Origin: Bacteroidota bacterium
GTDB taxonomy: Bacteria > Bacteroidota > Bacteroidia > Bacteroidales > JABHKC01
Assembly (NCBI GenBank): GCA_018692315.1
Contig: JABHKC010000248.1
Coordinates: 2,505 to 66,504 of the forward strand
DNA length: 64,000 nt
Direction: 5' to 3'
Part shown: piece by piece, positions 29,284 through 39,583 of the stretch
Numbering within the stretch: position 1 is the first letter of the stretch
How the letters are laid out: each line of letters opens with the position of its first letter
Translations under genes and position numbers: made by a program
Notes under the pieces: model-generated
Seen by the model: the letters and a program-made list of their open reading frames with translations, nothing else
Databases searched by the model: none
What the model was told of the DNA's origin: nothing

Positions 29284-31860
29284 TTACATATTTTTCGTTA
29301 CAGTAACCCCTTTTCTCTCAATAAACGGAACTCCCAATTTGACACCGGTATATTTGTGTGTCTTACCAATAAAACCTACAAAAGCTTCCAAGTTAAACAA
29401 ATTGAATATTTTATTAAGACCATACCCTACCTCATAATAGGGCATTCTATCTACTGTATGAAGACTGCTGAAGTATAGATTTTCGTTCATTAACCTTCTA
29501 TTCAAGACCGGTAATCGTTTAAGTAATATTCGAAAATTCGTAAGTTTAATATGTGTCTCTACATATTTATCTATGGTACTGTATTCATAATATTCAAGTA
29601 AACGAAATATATTTCCAGGTGAAGTACCCATAACAAAAGGCGTATTAGTACCGAAACGTTTATAATCGGCAAAGTACACCTTATTTATATTTATGAAATT
29701 TCCTCCAATTAATTCATAGTGCAGAAGACCGATTTTTCGAATTTGAATGTTTTGTAAAATGGATGTTTCAATCCTGTCGAAGTTAACATTACTGCAAAAA
29801 ATATTTTTTACTCCCTTATAATAATTAAGAGTAAAGGTAGGGTAGTTTGAATGTAAATAAATTTTAGTACCCTTTTCAACCTTGTAGTAGTATTCCGGCG
29901 TATACCTAAGTCGCAACCTGATGTTAAACCCATTGTGATCTCCAACAGGAGAATCCTCTATGGTAGCTATTGAAGAAGTATCTGATGTATAATAATCAAT
30001 ATATATCTTGGCCAGATCCATTATTTTTTTTCGTTTAGCATACTCAAGATTAATCAAAAAATCTAAACCATTAATAAGATCGATTCTATGTGCAATTTCG
30101 ATATAATCCTTTTGATATGCTTTAAGATAATCCTCATTTAGAAATACTGTAGTTATTAGATTTAGATTCTTAGGAATTCCTGTACTCGAATCAAAATCAG
30201 AAGTTATTGTGCCACCTGACATGAATAAATTCCCTCGCTTTAGACCATTGTACCTGAACTTCACTCCGATATCATGAGTCATTTGCTGCCTTCCAAATGA
30301 GTAATCAATATCATAGTTTATTTGAAAGTGTTTTCCATTCATCTTGTAATATGAATATGTAAACTCATTACCATATTTAATTTTCTCAGTTGTATTGTAG
30401 TCGATATGTATTGGATCAAAGATACCACCATATAGAAACTGATGTTTCTCTTTATCAAAACTAAAATTACCGCCAACTAATACTTTACTCCATCTGAATG
30501 TCTTTGTTTTCCTTTTAAGTCGATTGCTTTCCTCTGCATCAATTCTAGTATTTAATAATCCTTTCTTGTGAATTCTAATCTCATGGTCGGTCAAACCCAT
30601 TGGTCTAATAGAATTCCAGTATTTATAGGTTCTTATTTTGGCACTATCATTAGTATGTTTAAATTGTTCAATTTCTAACTTTTTTTTATTATTTGATTGT
30701 TCGACAGATGCCCTGATAAGTTTTGAAAGTTTCTTTGATTCCGATTTTGCCAAAATATTTTTCTGAAGAAATTGATGAATTTCAGAGAATTCAATTCCTT
30801 TATCTAGATCGGTGTTTTCTTTCTTGATAAAATTGAAATTTCTATCAGGATTAATCATCAGATTGGATTTGACTTTTATCTGATATTCGAAGAATGCAAC
30901 CGAACAAGTATGAGAAAGCTTTTTGCCTATTTTTTGATTTTCAAAACTATAATTATGACTTATAGGCATCCATACTTCATTTTTAACCGGGGCATAAATT
31001 TGATTTATAGTAATTGTTCGAGAGTTTTGCTGTATCTGAAGTTCGACACCATACAAACACCACAACCCATCTACTATATATAGGAATCCGGAATAAAGAT
31101 TACAACCTTCTTGATATGGAATTACTTTAATTTTATACACCAAATATCTCCTATCTAAGAATGAAGATATATGTTGAAATTTATAGTACGTATTTGCATC
31201 TCGATTTAAAGGTGAGATTGCTCCATGAATTTCTTTGTAGAGTGGAGTTGTAATATAATCCAGAGGTAAGCGGTCATTTTTTTCCTCAGAACCAAGAAAC
31301 GATATAGTATTTTGGGCTACTGTTTCAGGAAGTTCACAATGAAAGTCAATAATTTTCTCATATACAAAGTGATTTGTTTTTTTCCCCCTTGACTTTCTAA
31401 TGAAACTCGATTCGGAAGTTTCATTGCCATTTACCTTGAGATAGATCTTACAATCAAATTCAGCAAGCTGGTTTATATAGTAAGAACCCATGGCGATAGC
31501 TTTCTGGATAATTGTATATCCTGCTTCTTGATTACCCTCATTTGATCTTTCATAATGAAAACTATATTCTCGCTTGCACAGAACAATATCTACGTGTTTC
31601 GGATTTTCTAAACATTCCAATTCCAACTCTTTTGTTATATATCCATAACAATGAATTGTGAAATTATACTTTCCTGGTTTGAGTTTTAGTTGATAATCAC
31701 CTTCACTATTTGTCATGTTGCATAATGAAGAATCCGCACAATACAAAGCAGCATTTGAAATTGGTCGTCCTTGTTGATCAGTTATTTTTCCTTCAACTAT
31801 TTGACAATGGCATCTAAAGGCAGTTATTAAAATCAGGAAAACAAGCAGATATATTCTCAT
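29284..31860 (-). CDS. CarboxypepD_reg-like + DUF5686-like outer-membrane protein (paralog 3 of 3)
   Basis: Signal MRIYLLVFLILITAFRCHC, then IVEGKITDQQGRPISNAALY...FTIHCYGY (carboxypeptidase-regulatory-like), then a long beta-rich region. Same layout as 3185 and 16007 but more divergent. The ATG at 31860 is preferred over the TTG at 31887. Confidence 0.65.
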   Translation of the reverse strand: MRIYLLVFLILITAFRCHCQIVEGKITDQQGRPISNAALYCADSSLCNMTNSEGDYQLKLKPGKYNFTIHCYGYITKELELECLENPKHVDIVLCKREYSFHYERSNEGNQEAGYTIIQKAIAMGSYYINQLAEFDCKIYLKVNGNETSESSFIRKSRGKKTNHFVYEKIIDFHCELPETVAQNTISFLGSEEKNDRLPLDYITTPLYKEIHGAISPLNRDANTYYKFQHISSFLDRRYLVYKIKVIPYQEGCNLYSGFLYIVDGLWCLYGVELQIQQNSRTITINQIYAPVKNEVWMPISHNYSFENQKIGKKLSHTCSVAFFEYQIKVKSNLMINPDRNFNFIKKENTDLDKGIEFSEIHQFLQKNILAKSESKKLSKLIRASVEQSNNKKKLEIEQFKHTNDSAKIRTYKYWNSIRPMGLTDHEIRIHKKGLLNTRIDAEESNRLKRKTKTFRWSKVLVGGNFSFDKEKHQFLYGGIFDPIHIDYNTTEKIKYGNEFTYSYYKMNGKHFQINYDIDYSFGRQQMTHDIGVKFRYNGLKRGNLFMSGGTITSDFDSSTGIPKNLNLITTVFLNEDYLKAYQKDYIEIAHRIDLINGLDFLINLEYAKRKKIMDLAKIYIDYYTSDTSSIATIEDSPVGDHNGFNIRLRLRYTPEYYYKVEKGTKIYLHSNYPTFTLNYYKGVKNIFCSNVNFDRIETSILQNIQIRKIGLLHYELIGGNFININKVYFADYKRFGTNTPFVMGTSPGNIFRLLEYYEYSTIDKYVETHIKLTNFRILLKRLPVLNRRLMNENLYFSSLHTVDRMPYYEVGYGLNKIFNLFNLEAFVGFIGKTHKYTGVKLGVPFIERKGVTVTKNM

Positions 31861-32040
31861 AACCTGAAATGCAATTTTTCCATACAATATGAGATTTATG
31901 AAAATAAATAATCCTTTTTAATCGATAGATTCAAAACCAAATGAGAATAATATTCAAACCAAGTATTAATGTTATTTGTAATCTGGTGGATAGTTTTTAT
32001 TTAATGAAAAAGGTCAATTGATAAATGACTGATAACATAG

Positions 32041-32547
32041 CTATTTTTCCAATTCTTTTATTATTTCGACGAGTCCATTTTTTATTCCTTTGTGGATATC
32101 CCGACTTCTAAACTCAGGTAGAATTATTTCGTTAATTATTTTTTTCTTTTCTTCATCGGTTAATATACCTTTTAGCCCTGAACCTATATAAATCTCTATT
32201 TTCCTAAGCTTCCTGCCAAACACTATGATAACTCCATTGTCAAAATTCCTATTATTCTTATTCCAGAAGTTTGCCAGTTCTTTGGCATAATCGTCCAAAG
32301 AATCAAAAGGTTTGAATGACTTGGTTGAAACAATTGCTATTTCATTTGTTGTCTTTTGCTTGTGCTTATTTATCAAGATCTTGAGCTCTTCGACCTCTCC
32401 TTTATCAAAAATTTCTTCATAATCATTTACGCATCCAGAATATTTCGGAATCTTATGATTATTTGATTTTTCATTCTGTGCAATCATTTTCTGAGAGAAT
32501 GCTATTCCAACTAGCAGGATTGCCAAAATTGATATTCTTTTCATCAT
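32041..32547 (-). CDS. TPM (TLP18.3/Psb32/MOLO-1) domain protein, secreted
   Basis: 168 aa with a signal peptide. VNDYEEIFDKGEVEELKILINKHKQKTTNEIAIVS...DNGVIIVFGRKLRKIEIYIGSGL follows the TPM phosphatase-domain pattern. Confidence 0.75.
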   Translation of the reverse strand: MMKRISILAILLVGIAFSQKMIAQNEKSNNHKIPKYSGCVNDYEEIFDKGEVEELKILINKHKQKTTNEIAIVSTKSFKPFDSLDDYAKELANFWNKNNRNFDNGVIIVFGRKLRKIEIYIGSGLKGILTDEEKKKIINEIILPEFRSRDIHKGIKNGLVEIIKELEK

Positions 32548-32629
32548 CTTTATTATTTAATTAGTACATAATTCATTTTGTAATCTTTCTTATTTAAAGG
32601 GTATTATTTGGACTGTTCATTATCTGAGT

Positions 32630-33922
32630 TTATAACTTCTCGATAATACCTCCTGTTAATTGTAGCAGGCTATTGTGACTTTCCAATACATTGTAAATTG
32701 CATTGTGATAATTCCAAACCGACATCATGTAGGCAAGCTGCACATCTCGAAAGTTAAAGGAATTTATTACTCCTGATTCATATTTCTGTGTAGAGATATT
32801 CAAGTTTAATTCTGTAGCCTTAACAGTCTCTGAAGCTACTAACAGTAACTCTTTCCTCACCTCATATATTTCAAATTCCTGGGCAAGCTGGTTTTTCAGT
32901 TCATCCTCCATTTGTTTTGTTTCCACAAAGCATATTTCTTCTTCAATTTTAGCGGTTTGCAATGCCTTCTTTCGCTGGCCTCCATTAAATAATGTATATG
33001 AGATTCCTGCTGAAAGACCAGCAGATATTCCATTTAAATCCTGATTCAAATTTGTATTAGTAGAATACTCGGTAACACTGTTGCTGTAAGCTGTATTTAC
33101 ACCTGCTGTTATGCTTGGGTAAAAAGAAATTTTTGCTGATTTTACATCCAATTTAGCAATTTTGAGATTGATGTATTGATTTCGTAAGTTTGAGTTATTA
33201 GAAATTAACTTTGTCATCAAAACATCCTTTTCAAATGGGAATATATCAGCAGAAAACTCCTCGATAAAAATGTATTTGTCTTCCAGTGGAGAGGCCATAA
33301 TAAAATTCATTTGTCGAATGGAATTGTTATAATTTGATTTTGCTGATAGGTAATTGGATTTATCTTCAAGCCAGGCATTTTGGGATTGCAATAAATCATA
33401 GCTTTTCGAAGTTCCAATTTCTTTTTTCAAATTTTCTTTGTTTAGGCGGTCTTCGGAGAGTTTCATATTTTCCTTCGCCGATTTCATGTTTTCCAACATT
33501 AGCAATACCCGATAATAGGCCAGGCTCACGCTTACAATGGTATTCTCGGTAATTAATGCCAAAGTTGTTTCAGACAAGTTTTGAATTTCGTTAAATCTTG
33601 ATTTTTGAATTCGGGCACCATAGCCTCTAAAAACAACCCAGTCTAATTTTAATGTCGCATTTTGCAAGGAAGTTTGAGAATCGTCATCTTCATAATAATT
33701 CCAAGATTCGGAAGCGCTACCTTGAAAAGAAACAGTTGGCAGTGCACCCGCATTTCCCCAGGTATTATTAAGTTTACTAATATCAACAGACTTCTTTTGA
33801 ATCTGAATGCCAAAATTATGTTCCAAGGCTGTTGCGATTGCTTTTGTTAATGATAGCGTATCGGATTGCGGAAATGCAGTTGTCGATATTAATACAAATA
33901 GTATTAGAATTATTTTCTTCAT
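32630..33922 (-). CDS. TolC-family outer-membrane efflux protein
   Basis: Signal MKKIILILFVLISTTAFPQ. Two internally repeated helical halves with an L.L..A...AL..N pattern. Last gene of the MFP-RND-OMF operon. The ATG at 33922 is preferred over the TTG at 33988, which would overlap the pump gene. Confidence 0.85.
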   Translation of the reverse strand: MKKIILILFVLISTTAFPQSDTLSLTKAIATALEHNFGIQIQKKSVDISKLNNTWGNAGALPTVSFQGSASESWNYYEDDDSQTSLQNATLKLDWVVFRGYGARIQKSRFNEIQNLSETTLALITENTIVSVSLAYYRVLLMLENMKSAKENMKLSEDRLNKENLKKEIGTSKSYDLLQSQNAWLEDKSNYLSAKSNYNNSIRQMNFIMASPLEDKYIFIEEFSADIFPFEKDVLMTKLISNNSNLRNQYINLKIAKLDVKSAKISFYPSITAGVNTAYSNSVTEYSTNTNLNQDLNGISAGLSAGISYTLFNGGQRKKALQTAKIEEEICFVETKQMEDELKNQLAQEFEIYEVRKELLLVASETVKATELNLNISTQKYESGVINSFNFRDVQLAYMMSVWNYHNAIYNVLESHNSLLQLTGGIIEKL

Positions 33923-33977
33923 AGTAGATACCTTTGTTTGAATGTTATTCTTCGATAGATAGAGACTTTTTAAACTG

Positions 33978-36900
33978 CTATACTTCAAAGTCCTTGCCCA
34001 TCGCTTTATTAAGTTTCTCTTCGATTTGATGGTTGATTACTGCCACCTCAACCATTTCAGGAGTTATATCTTTATTACCCATAAGTCTTTTTACTCCAAT
34101 CTGGAGGTTGTTAGCAATAAGTGTTACAACCGGAAGAATTATCAGGATGAAAATTGTACCAAACAAAATCCCATAAGCAAGAGCAATAGCCATTGGAATT
34201 AGAAGCTGCGCATCAGGACTATTGGATAAAATGAGAGGCATTAGCCCTGCTGTGGTTGTTACCGATGTCAGGAATATGGGGCGGAATCGTTGTTTGCCGG
34301 CTTCAAGTACAGCATCCATCACCTTCTGTCCTTTTATCAAGCTTTGATTGTATTTGGATAGAAACACAATAGCGTCGTTAATAATGGTTCCTGATAACCC
34401 AATAAACCCCCATAGACTCATCATCGAAACCGGATGACCATGAATGGCATGCCCCCAAACTGCCCCCACAACACCTAAAGGAATCATAATTAAAACCAAT
34501 AAACCCTGAATAAAGGATTTAAAGTAAATCATGATAATTAAAACGATAATAAGAAAGGCGATACTAAAATAGGTAATCATACTACCCATTTGCTCGGCAC
34601 TATCTTTTTGCTGTCCTTGTATTTCGAAATTTACCTGTGGGAAACTATTTTTCAACTTTGGAATAATAACATCTTCAACTTCATTTAAAATAGGTGTTAC
34701 ATTTTCGCTCTGGTCTCGCATGTAAGCATCAACCCTAATTTCTCGCCGCCCGTTGTAGCGGTTAATGGTATTCAAGCTACGGTCGAATGTTACCTTTGCT
34801 ATACTTTCTAGAGGGTAAGAGCCCTGCTGGTTCGAAATCAACATTTTCTCAAGTTGCCCAATTGTTTCCCGATTATTTTTTGGGTAACGAACATAAAGCC
34901 ATATTTCATCTTTGCCTTCCTGCATTCGTTGGGCAAGCCCCCCATAAAATCCATTCCGGACCTGTTGCATTACCGATGAATTAGTAAATCCTTTAATATA
35001 TGCCTCTGGTTTTAAAGTAATTCTTACCTCCTGGCCCCCCAGCTGACTGTTATTTGTAATATTATAAAGTGAAGAAATTTTCCCTAATTCCGATTCGAAT
35101 GCAACCTTTGTATTTTCGAGTTCATCTGGATCGTAACCCAAAAGACTATATGAAACCGGTGCACCGAATCTGTTCGATGCCCCAACAGCATATTTATAGG
35201 CTTCAGGTATATTATTTGTTTTTTCAATAATGCGTTGTTTCAAGATGTCATCATTAATACTTGCTTCTTTCATAGGATTGAGAAAAACACTAATCATACC
35301 CGAATTTGTTCCATTTTCTGTTCCGCTAAACGAATTTCCCATAGTAACATCAGTAGATGCGATGTACGACATGGTATCGCCATATTCCTCGGCCAACTCA
35401 TTGTTAGCTTCCCAAATTTGCTGCTCGATAAAGAAGAGTTTCTCTTTGGTCAACTCTTCGTTGGCACCAGGTTTTAAAGCTAAATCCACATTAAACATTT
35501 CAATGGGTTGCCCCGGAAAAAAAACAAAAGAGATTTTCCCACTCATAAATAAACCTACTGTTATTATTATTGATGCTGTAACTACTGAAAGGCTGATGGC
35601 TTTATTTCGTACCAGAATGTTTACAAAGGGCAGATAGAGTTTATCGCGAAGTTTAAGAATCAATTTTTCAGTTACATTCCTGATTTTACCATAAATCGAC
35701 TTTTTTTTGAGTGGTTGTAAAACCTTCGGGCTAGCAAGGTGACCAGGTAATACAAAAATGGCTTCCACCAAAGAAAAGATCAGAATAGCAATAACCACGA
35801 ACGCCATTTCGTACATCATTTTTAATTGTCCTTCAACAAAAAACAGTGGCGTAAATGCAATCATGGTGGTTAGTACTGATGTGAAAACGGCAGGCAATAC
35901 TTCCATTGTGCCGTCAATGGCAGCCCTTCTGGGCGATTTTCCTTTTTCGTAGTGGGTGAAAATATTTTCGCCTATAACTACTCCATCGTCAACCAAAATT
36001 CCGATAATAAGAATCATTCCAAAAAGGGAAATCAGGTTCAGTGTAACTCCTGAAAGACTTGCACAAATAAACATTCCTAGAAATGAAGCGGGGATTCCCC
36101 AGGCCACCCAAATAGATAAGCGGAAGTTCAGGAATAAAGATAGCATTAGTATAATGAGTAGGATTCCTAACAAGCCACTGTTTAATAGTGTTGATAACTG
36201 GCTATTTATATTTTCAAGAAAATCGTGTGAAGCAGTAAGTGAAGTATTTTCGTGAGTTGCGTTGTACGTGTTTATATATTCATGAACATATTCTGAGATT
36301 TGCTCCAGATCTTCGTTAGCTAATTTTTGTATCTGAATAGAAGCACACTGTCGCCCGTTAACATAACTACTGTTTGGTGTTTCCTCAAAAGTCAGTCTTA
36401 CATCGGCAATGTCGCCAATGGTAAGTAGCTTCCCTGATTGATTTGCACCAACAATAATTTTTTTTATTTCTTTGGGTTGAACTGTACGTTGACGGCAAAC
36501 AATTTTAATCTCTTCGCGTTGACTACGGATTGTGCCACCATGAATATCGAGGTTGTTGGATGAGATAGCATTTTTTATTGTACTTAAATCGAGATTGTAT
36601 CTGCGTAACTGATCGTCGTCTATTTCAACTACCAGCTCCATGTTTTTTGGTATCCCTGAAATGGTAATTTGTGAAATAAACCCTGTTGCATTAAAATCGT
36701 CTTCAATACGATTGGCCTCTTTATTTAGTTCATGCAAATCGTCGTTTTCTGAAATCAGGTTCAGAAAAACAGCCAGATCTTTCCTTCTCAATTTGGCTAC
36801 AACCGGTTTTTCTGCATCGGCAGGAAAGTTTGAGATTCCGTCAACAGCATTTTTCACATCGCTTAACAATTCGTCCATGTCGTAATTGCTGTTTGCGTCA

Positions 36901-37181
36901 ATTGTAACCTGAGCTATGTTTTCCATCGATTTCGATGAAAACTCCTTTATGCCAGGAATGCCTCTAATTGCATTTTCGATTAGTGTGGCAACCCCTTCTT
37001 CCATCTCTTTTGGTGTAGCGCCAGGATAACTAACACTGACCTGTAAGGTGGTAGATTCAACTATCGGGAAAGTTGCCTTTCGCATATTCATTATTGATAC
37101 ACCACCAATAAGCAGGAGTATCACAATAAACATTTTCCCGTAAAAGGGGAATTTTACAAATGCGGATAATACTTTTTGCAT
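33978..37181 (-). CDS. RND efflux transporter permease (AcrB/CzcA superfamily)
   Basis: 1067 aa with a 12-TM layout and two large periplasmic loops. Typical blocks: SLFGMILIIGILVDDGVV and GLSGTIINDAIVF. Confidence 0.93.
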   Translation of the reverse strand: MQKVLSAFVKFPFYGKMFIVILLLIGGVSIMNMRKATFPIVESTTLQVSVSYPGATPKEMEEGVATLIENAIRGIPGIKEFSSKSMENIAQVTIDANSNYDMDELLSDVKNAVDGISNFPADAEKPVVAKLRRKDLAVFLNLISENDDLHELNKEANRIEDDFNATGFISQITISGIPKNMELVVEIDDDQLRRYNLDLSTIKNAISSNNLDIHGGTIRSQREEIKIVCRQRTVQPKEIKKIIVGANQSGKLLTIGDIADVRLTFEETPNSSYVNGRQCASIQIQKLANEDLEQISEYVHEYINTYNATHENTSLTASHDFLENINSQLSTLLNSGLLGILLIILMLSLFLNFRLSIWVAWGIPASFLGMFICASLSGVTLNLISLFGMILIIGILVDDGVVIGENIFTHYEKGKSPRRAAIDGTMEVLPAVFTSVLTTMIAFTPLFFVEGQLKMMYEMAFVVIAILIFSLVEAIFVLPGHLASPKVLQPLKKKSIYGKIRNVTEKLILKLRDKLYLPFVNILVRNKAISLSVVTASIIITVGLFMSGKISFVFFPGQPIEMFNVDLALKPGANEELTKEKLFFIEQQIWEANNELAEEYGDTMSYIASTDVTMGNSFSGTENGTNSGMISVFLNPMKEASINDDILKQRIIEKTNNIPEAYKYAVGASNRFGAPVSYSLLGYDPDELENTKVAFESELGKISSLYNITNNSQLGGQEVRITLKPEAYIKGFTNSSVMQQVRNGFYGGLAQRMQEGKDEIWLYVRYPKNNRETIGQLEKMLISNQQGSYPLESIAKVTFDRSLNTINRYNGRREIRVDAYMRDQSENVTPILNEVEDVIIPKLKNSFPQVNFEIQGQQKDSAEQMGSMITYFSIAFLIIVLIIMIYFKSFIQGLLVLIMIPLGVVGAVWGHAIHGHPVSMMSLWGFIGLSGTIINDAIVFLSKYNQSLIKGQKVMDAVLEAGKQRFRPIFLTSVTTTAGLMPLILSNSPDAQLLIPMAIALAYGILFGTIFILIILPVVTLIANNLQIGVKRLMGNKDITPEMVEVAVINHQIEEKLNKAMGKDFEV

Positions 37182-37191
37182 GACGATGGTT

Positions 37192-38307
37192 TTAGTTTAT
37201 CAATTTTACTTCCTGTCCGTTTTGAACATTTACAAGTGACTCAACTACAACAGTATCACCTTCATTCAGCCCTTTTACACACGACTCATCTTCTAATTGC
37301 TGAATGATTTCTACAGCTTGCTTTTTAAGTTTATTGTCGACTACTATAAATACAGTTCCATCAGGCATCACAGCCTCACGTGGCAAAGAGGTGCCCAATT
37401 GAATCGTTGTGGTATTAAAACTTACCGAAACCAATTCGCCTTCAAATAATTCGTGTTTACTTTCCGGTGTGTAGGAGATATAGATATTTACCGACTGTGT
37501 TGACTCTTCAACAAATCCGGCAATCCGCGATAGTGTTCCTATATATTCCTTTTCGTTTGAAATTATCCTGAATTTCTGGCCGTGTTTTACTCTTTTCGCA
37601 TCTTTAACTGAAATTGGAACAATTACTTCCAGCTTATCGTTGCGAACAATTATGGCAATTTCAACACCATTTGATGCAAGTGCTCCAACCTCTTTGTTAA
37701 CGACTTTGTAATATCCGGAAAATGGAGCCCATATTTGATATTTATCCAGAGTAATCTCTTGTTTTTGAATGTTATAGTATTCAGACAAAACACCATTAGA
37801 TGCCATAAACACCTTTTCGCTTTCGCTTTTAATTTCTGGCAATTTTGGTAATTTATTGTTAATGTTTACGATCTGAAAATAGGTATTCCACTTATTGTAA
37901 CTTTCCGAAAAGTCTATGTTGATATCAGGTAGTGTAAGCGAAAGTGTCCGCAGAAAATTGCTTCTTGAGGCTTTCAAAGAGGCTTCGGTATCTTCACCAA
38001 AAATTTCCACTAGTAGCTGTCCTTTTGTAAATGATTGTCCTTCTTTAAGTGGAACACTGCCTTGCATAATCCGACCATTAACTTCAGCCGCGAGTGAAAC
38101 ATTTTCAGCAGAATTCACCCGACCTGGATATTTTATGTCAGAACTAATTTGCTGGTTTGTAACAACTTTAGATTTTACTGCAATTGAATTTTGAACAACC
38201 AAATCTTTTTTTGCCTCGGGCTTGTTTCTTAAAAACATCATAGAAGCCACTACCGCTATTATCAATATTAGCAGACTTAAAACTGTAGTTATTATTTTCT
38301 GTTTCAT
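37192..38307 (-). CDS. RND efflux periplasmic adaptor (membrane fusion protein, HlyD_D23-like)
   Basis: 371 aa with an N-terminal anchor and a lipoyl/beta-barrel pattern (G.V..V.V..GQ.F.KGQLL, AP(F)SGY). Its stop lies 10 nt before the pump gene. Confidence 0.88.
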   Translation of the reverse strand: MKQKIITTVLSLLILIIAVVASMMFLRNKPEAKKDLVVQNSIAVKSKVVTNQQISSDIKYPGRVNSAENVSLAAEVNGRIMQGSVPLKEGQSFTKGQLLVEIFGEDTEASLKASRSNFLRTLSLTLPDINIDFSESYNKWNTYFQIVNINNKLPKLPEIKSESEKVFMASNGVLSEYYNIQKQEITLDKYQIWAPFSGYYKVVNKEVGALASNGVEIAIIVRNDKLEVIVPISVKDAKRVKHGQKFRIISNEKEYIGTLSRIAGFVEESTQSVNIYISYTPESKHELFEGELVSVSFNTTTIQLGTSLPREAVMPDGTVFIVVDNKLKKQAVEIIQQLEDESCVKGLNEGDTVVVESLVNVQNGQEVKLIN

Positions 38308-38338
38308 TCAATAGTCTTTTTTTGTAAAAAATCAAGTG

Positions 38339-38346
38339 CAAAATTA
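38339..38346 (-). promoter_or_regulatory. -7 promoter box (TAATTTTG on minus strand) of the RND efflux operon
   Basis: Exact TAnnTTTG match 31 nt upstream of the adaptor-gene ATG (38307). No -33 TTTG at the expected spacing, as would fit an activator-dependent promoter. Confidence 0.4.
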
Positions 38347-38375
38347 ATTACGGATGAGTTGAGAAACCATATTTA

Positions 38376-38405
38376 TTGAACCAACTGCTGGTATTTTTGA
38401 ACGAA
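38376..38405. promoter_or_regulatory. candidate LytTR-type operator: two 9-bp direct repeats with a 12-bp spacer
   Basis: TTGAACCAA (38376-38384) and TTGAACGAA (38397-38405) match at 8/9 positions with a 21-bp period. This is the geometry described for AgrA/LytTR regulators. The repeats lie just upstream of where the -33 element of the efflux-operon promoter would be, in the divergent region next to the LytS/LytTR genes. Confidence 0.35.
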
Positions 38406-38492
38406 TGGCGGTTTTGAGGGTAAAAGGGATTGGAGATTCATATTATTCGACAAATCTTTCAGTTAGTGAACAGGAATCTAAATTTGGTTAAT

Positions 38493-38500
38493 TATATTTG
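38493..38500 (+). promoter_or_regulatory. -7 promoter box TATATTTG upstream of the LytS-type kinase gene
   Basis: Exact TAnnTTTG match 45 nt upstream of the ATG at 38546. Confidence 0.3.
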
Positions 38501-38545
38501 AAGTTTGTTGAATTTGGCTTTACTTTTACGCCCAAAGCTTTTGAA

Positions 38546-39583
38546 ATGGATAAAAGATTTATTGGATGGCATATCATATTTTGGACTTTAATAATCGGAA
38601 TTACCCTAGGAGTGGCATCGGTACTATTGCCTATTGGGAATGCCATTCTCTTTACTGTAGTCAGTTGCGTGTTTTATGCAATCGTATTTTATGTGAATAC
38701 TTTGGTTTTGTTTCCTAAGTTTTATGTTACTACTCAATCAACTAAATATTTTATTTTTGTTTTTTTCTTACTATTATTAGCGACTTTCTTTTTGGTGTTG
38801 ATTGAGCAGATTTTAATTGAACCAGCTTCAATTTCTATTAGACATAGCGCCAACCCTAAAGTAATGATGACGGCAAGAGGCTTTCTTTGGTTATTACTTA
38901 TGATTGTTGTTGGTACAGTTTATTTAATTCAGAAGCGATTGAAAGAGCAATCATTGTCTCACAAAGAAATCCAGGAGATTAAACTCAAAACAGAATTAAA
39001 GCTTTTACGCTCGCAAATAAATCCTCATTTTCTTTTCAATGCGCTTAATAATATCTATGCCTTATGTTATATGAAATCTGATAGGGCTCCTATGAGTATA
39101 TTGAAATTATCCAATATGCTACGATATGTGATTGATGATTGTGCGTCTGAAAATGTTCCTATTAAATCTGAAATTGAATACATTAAAAACTATATTGATT
39201 TCCAAAAAATGAAATCGGCCGAAGAAATGAACGTACACTTCAATTATGGGGAACTCAACCCTACTATTCAAATTGCACCAATGTTGTTCATCCCCTTTGT
39301 TGAAAATAGTTTTAAATATAGTATGATTGAAGAGTTTCAAAATGCAAAAATCGAAATTGAACTGCTTTCTGAAGCAGATGGGAAGCTAAAGTTTTTAATT
39401 ACAAATACTATCCCACCTGTGTCAAAGGTAAAACCTGGTGTGGGAACTGGAATAAGTAATGTAAAACAAAGGTTGAAAATAATATATCCTGAGAAACATC
39501 AACTCATTATTAGTGAATCTGAAAACAATTATCAAGTAACTCTAACCATTGATACCAATGATATTAAGATGCATAGTAATTGA
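38546..39583 (+). CDS. LytS/YehU-family sensor histidine kinase
   Basis: Four N-terminal TM helices. His_kinase block LRSQINPHFLFNALNNIY. GHKL ATPase blocks FIPFVENSFKY and GVGTGISNVKQRL. The ATG at 38546 is preferred over the TTG at 38498. Confidence 0.88.
   Translation: MDKRFIGWHIIFWTLIIGITLGVASVLLPIGNAILFTVVSCVFYAIVFYVNTLVLFPKFYVTTQSTKYFIFVFFLLLLATFFLVLIEQILIEPASISIRHSANPKVMMTARGFLWLLLMIVVGTVYLIQKRLKEQSLSHKEIQEIKLKTELKLLRSQINPHFLFNALNNIYALCYMKSDRAPMSILKLSNMLRYVIDDCASENVPIKSEIEYIKNYIDFQKMKSAEEMNVHFNYGELNPTIQIAPMLFIPFVENSFKYSMIEEFQNAKIEIELLSEADGKLKFLITNTIPPVSKVKPGVGTGISNVKQRLKIIYPEKHQLIISESENNYQVTLTIDTNDIKMHSN

Noticed and set aside
35230-35637. 135-aa ORF antisense to the RND pump gene (similar shadow ORFs at 10626-11027, 19984-20331, 24345-24680, 49895-50287, 51300-51976, 53113-53397 and 61237-61479)
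   Set aside because: All are fully nested, on the opposite strand or out of frame, inside long genes with strong homology signatures. They are typical shadow ORFs.
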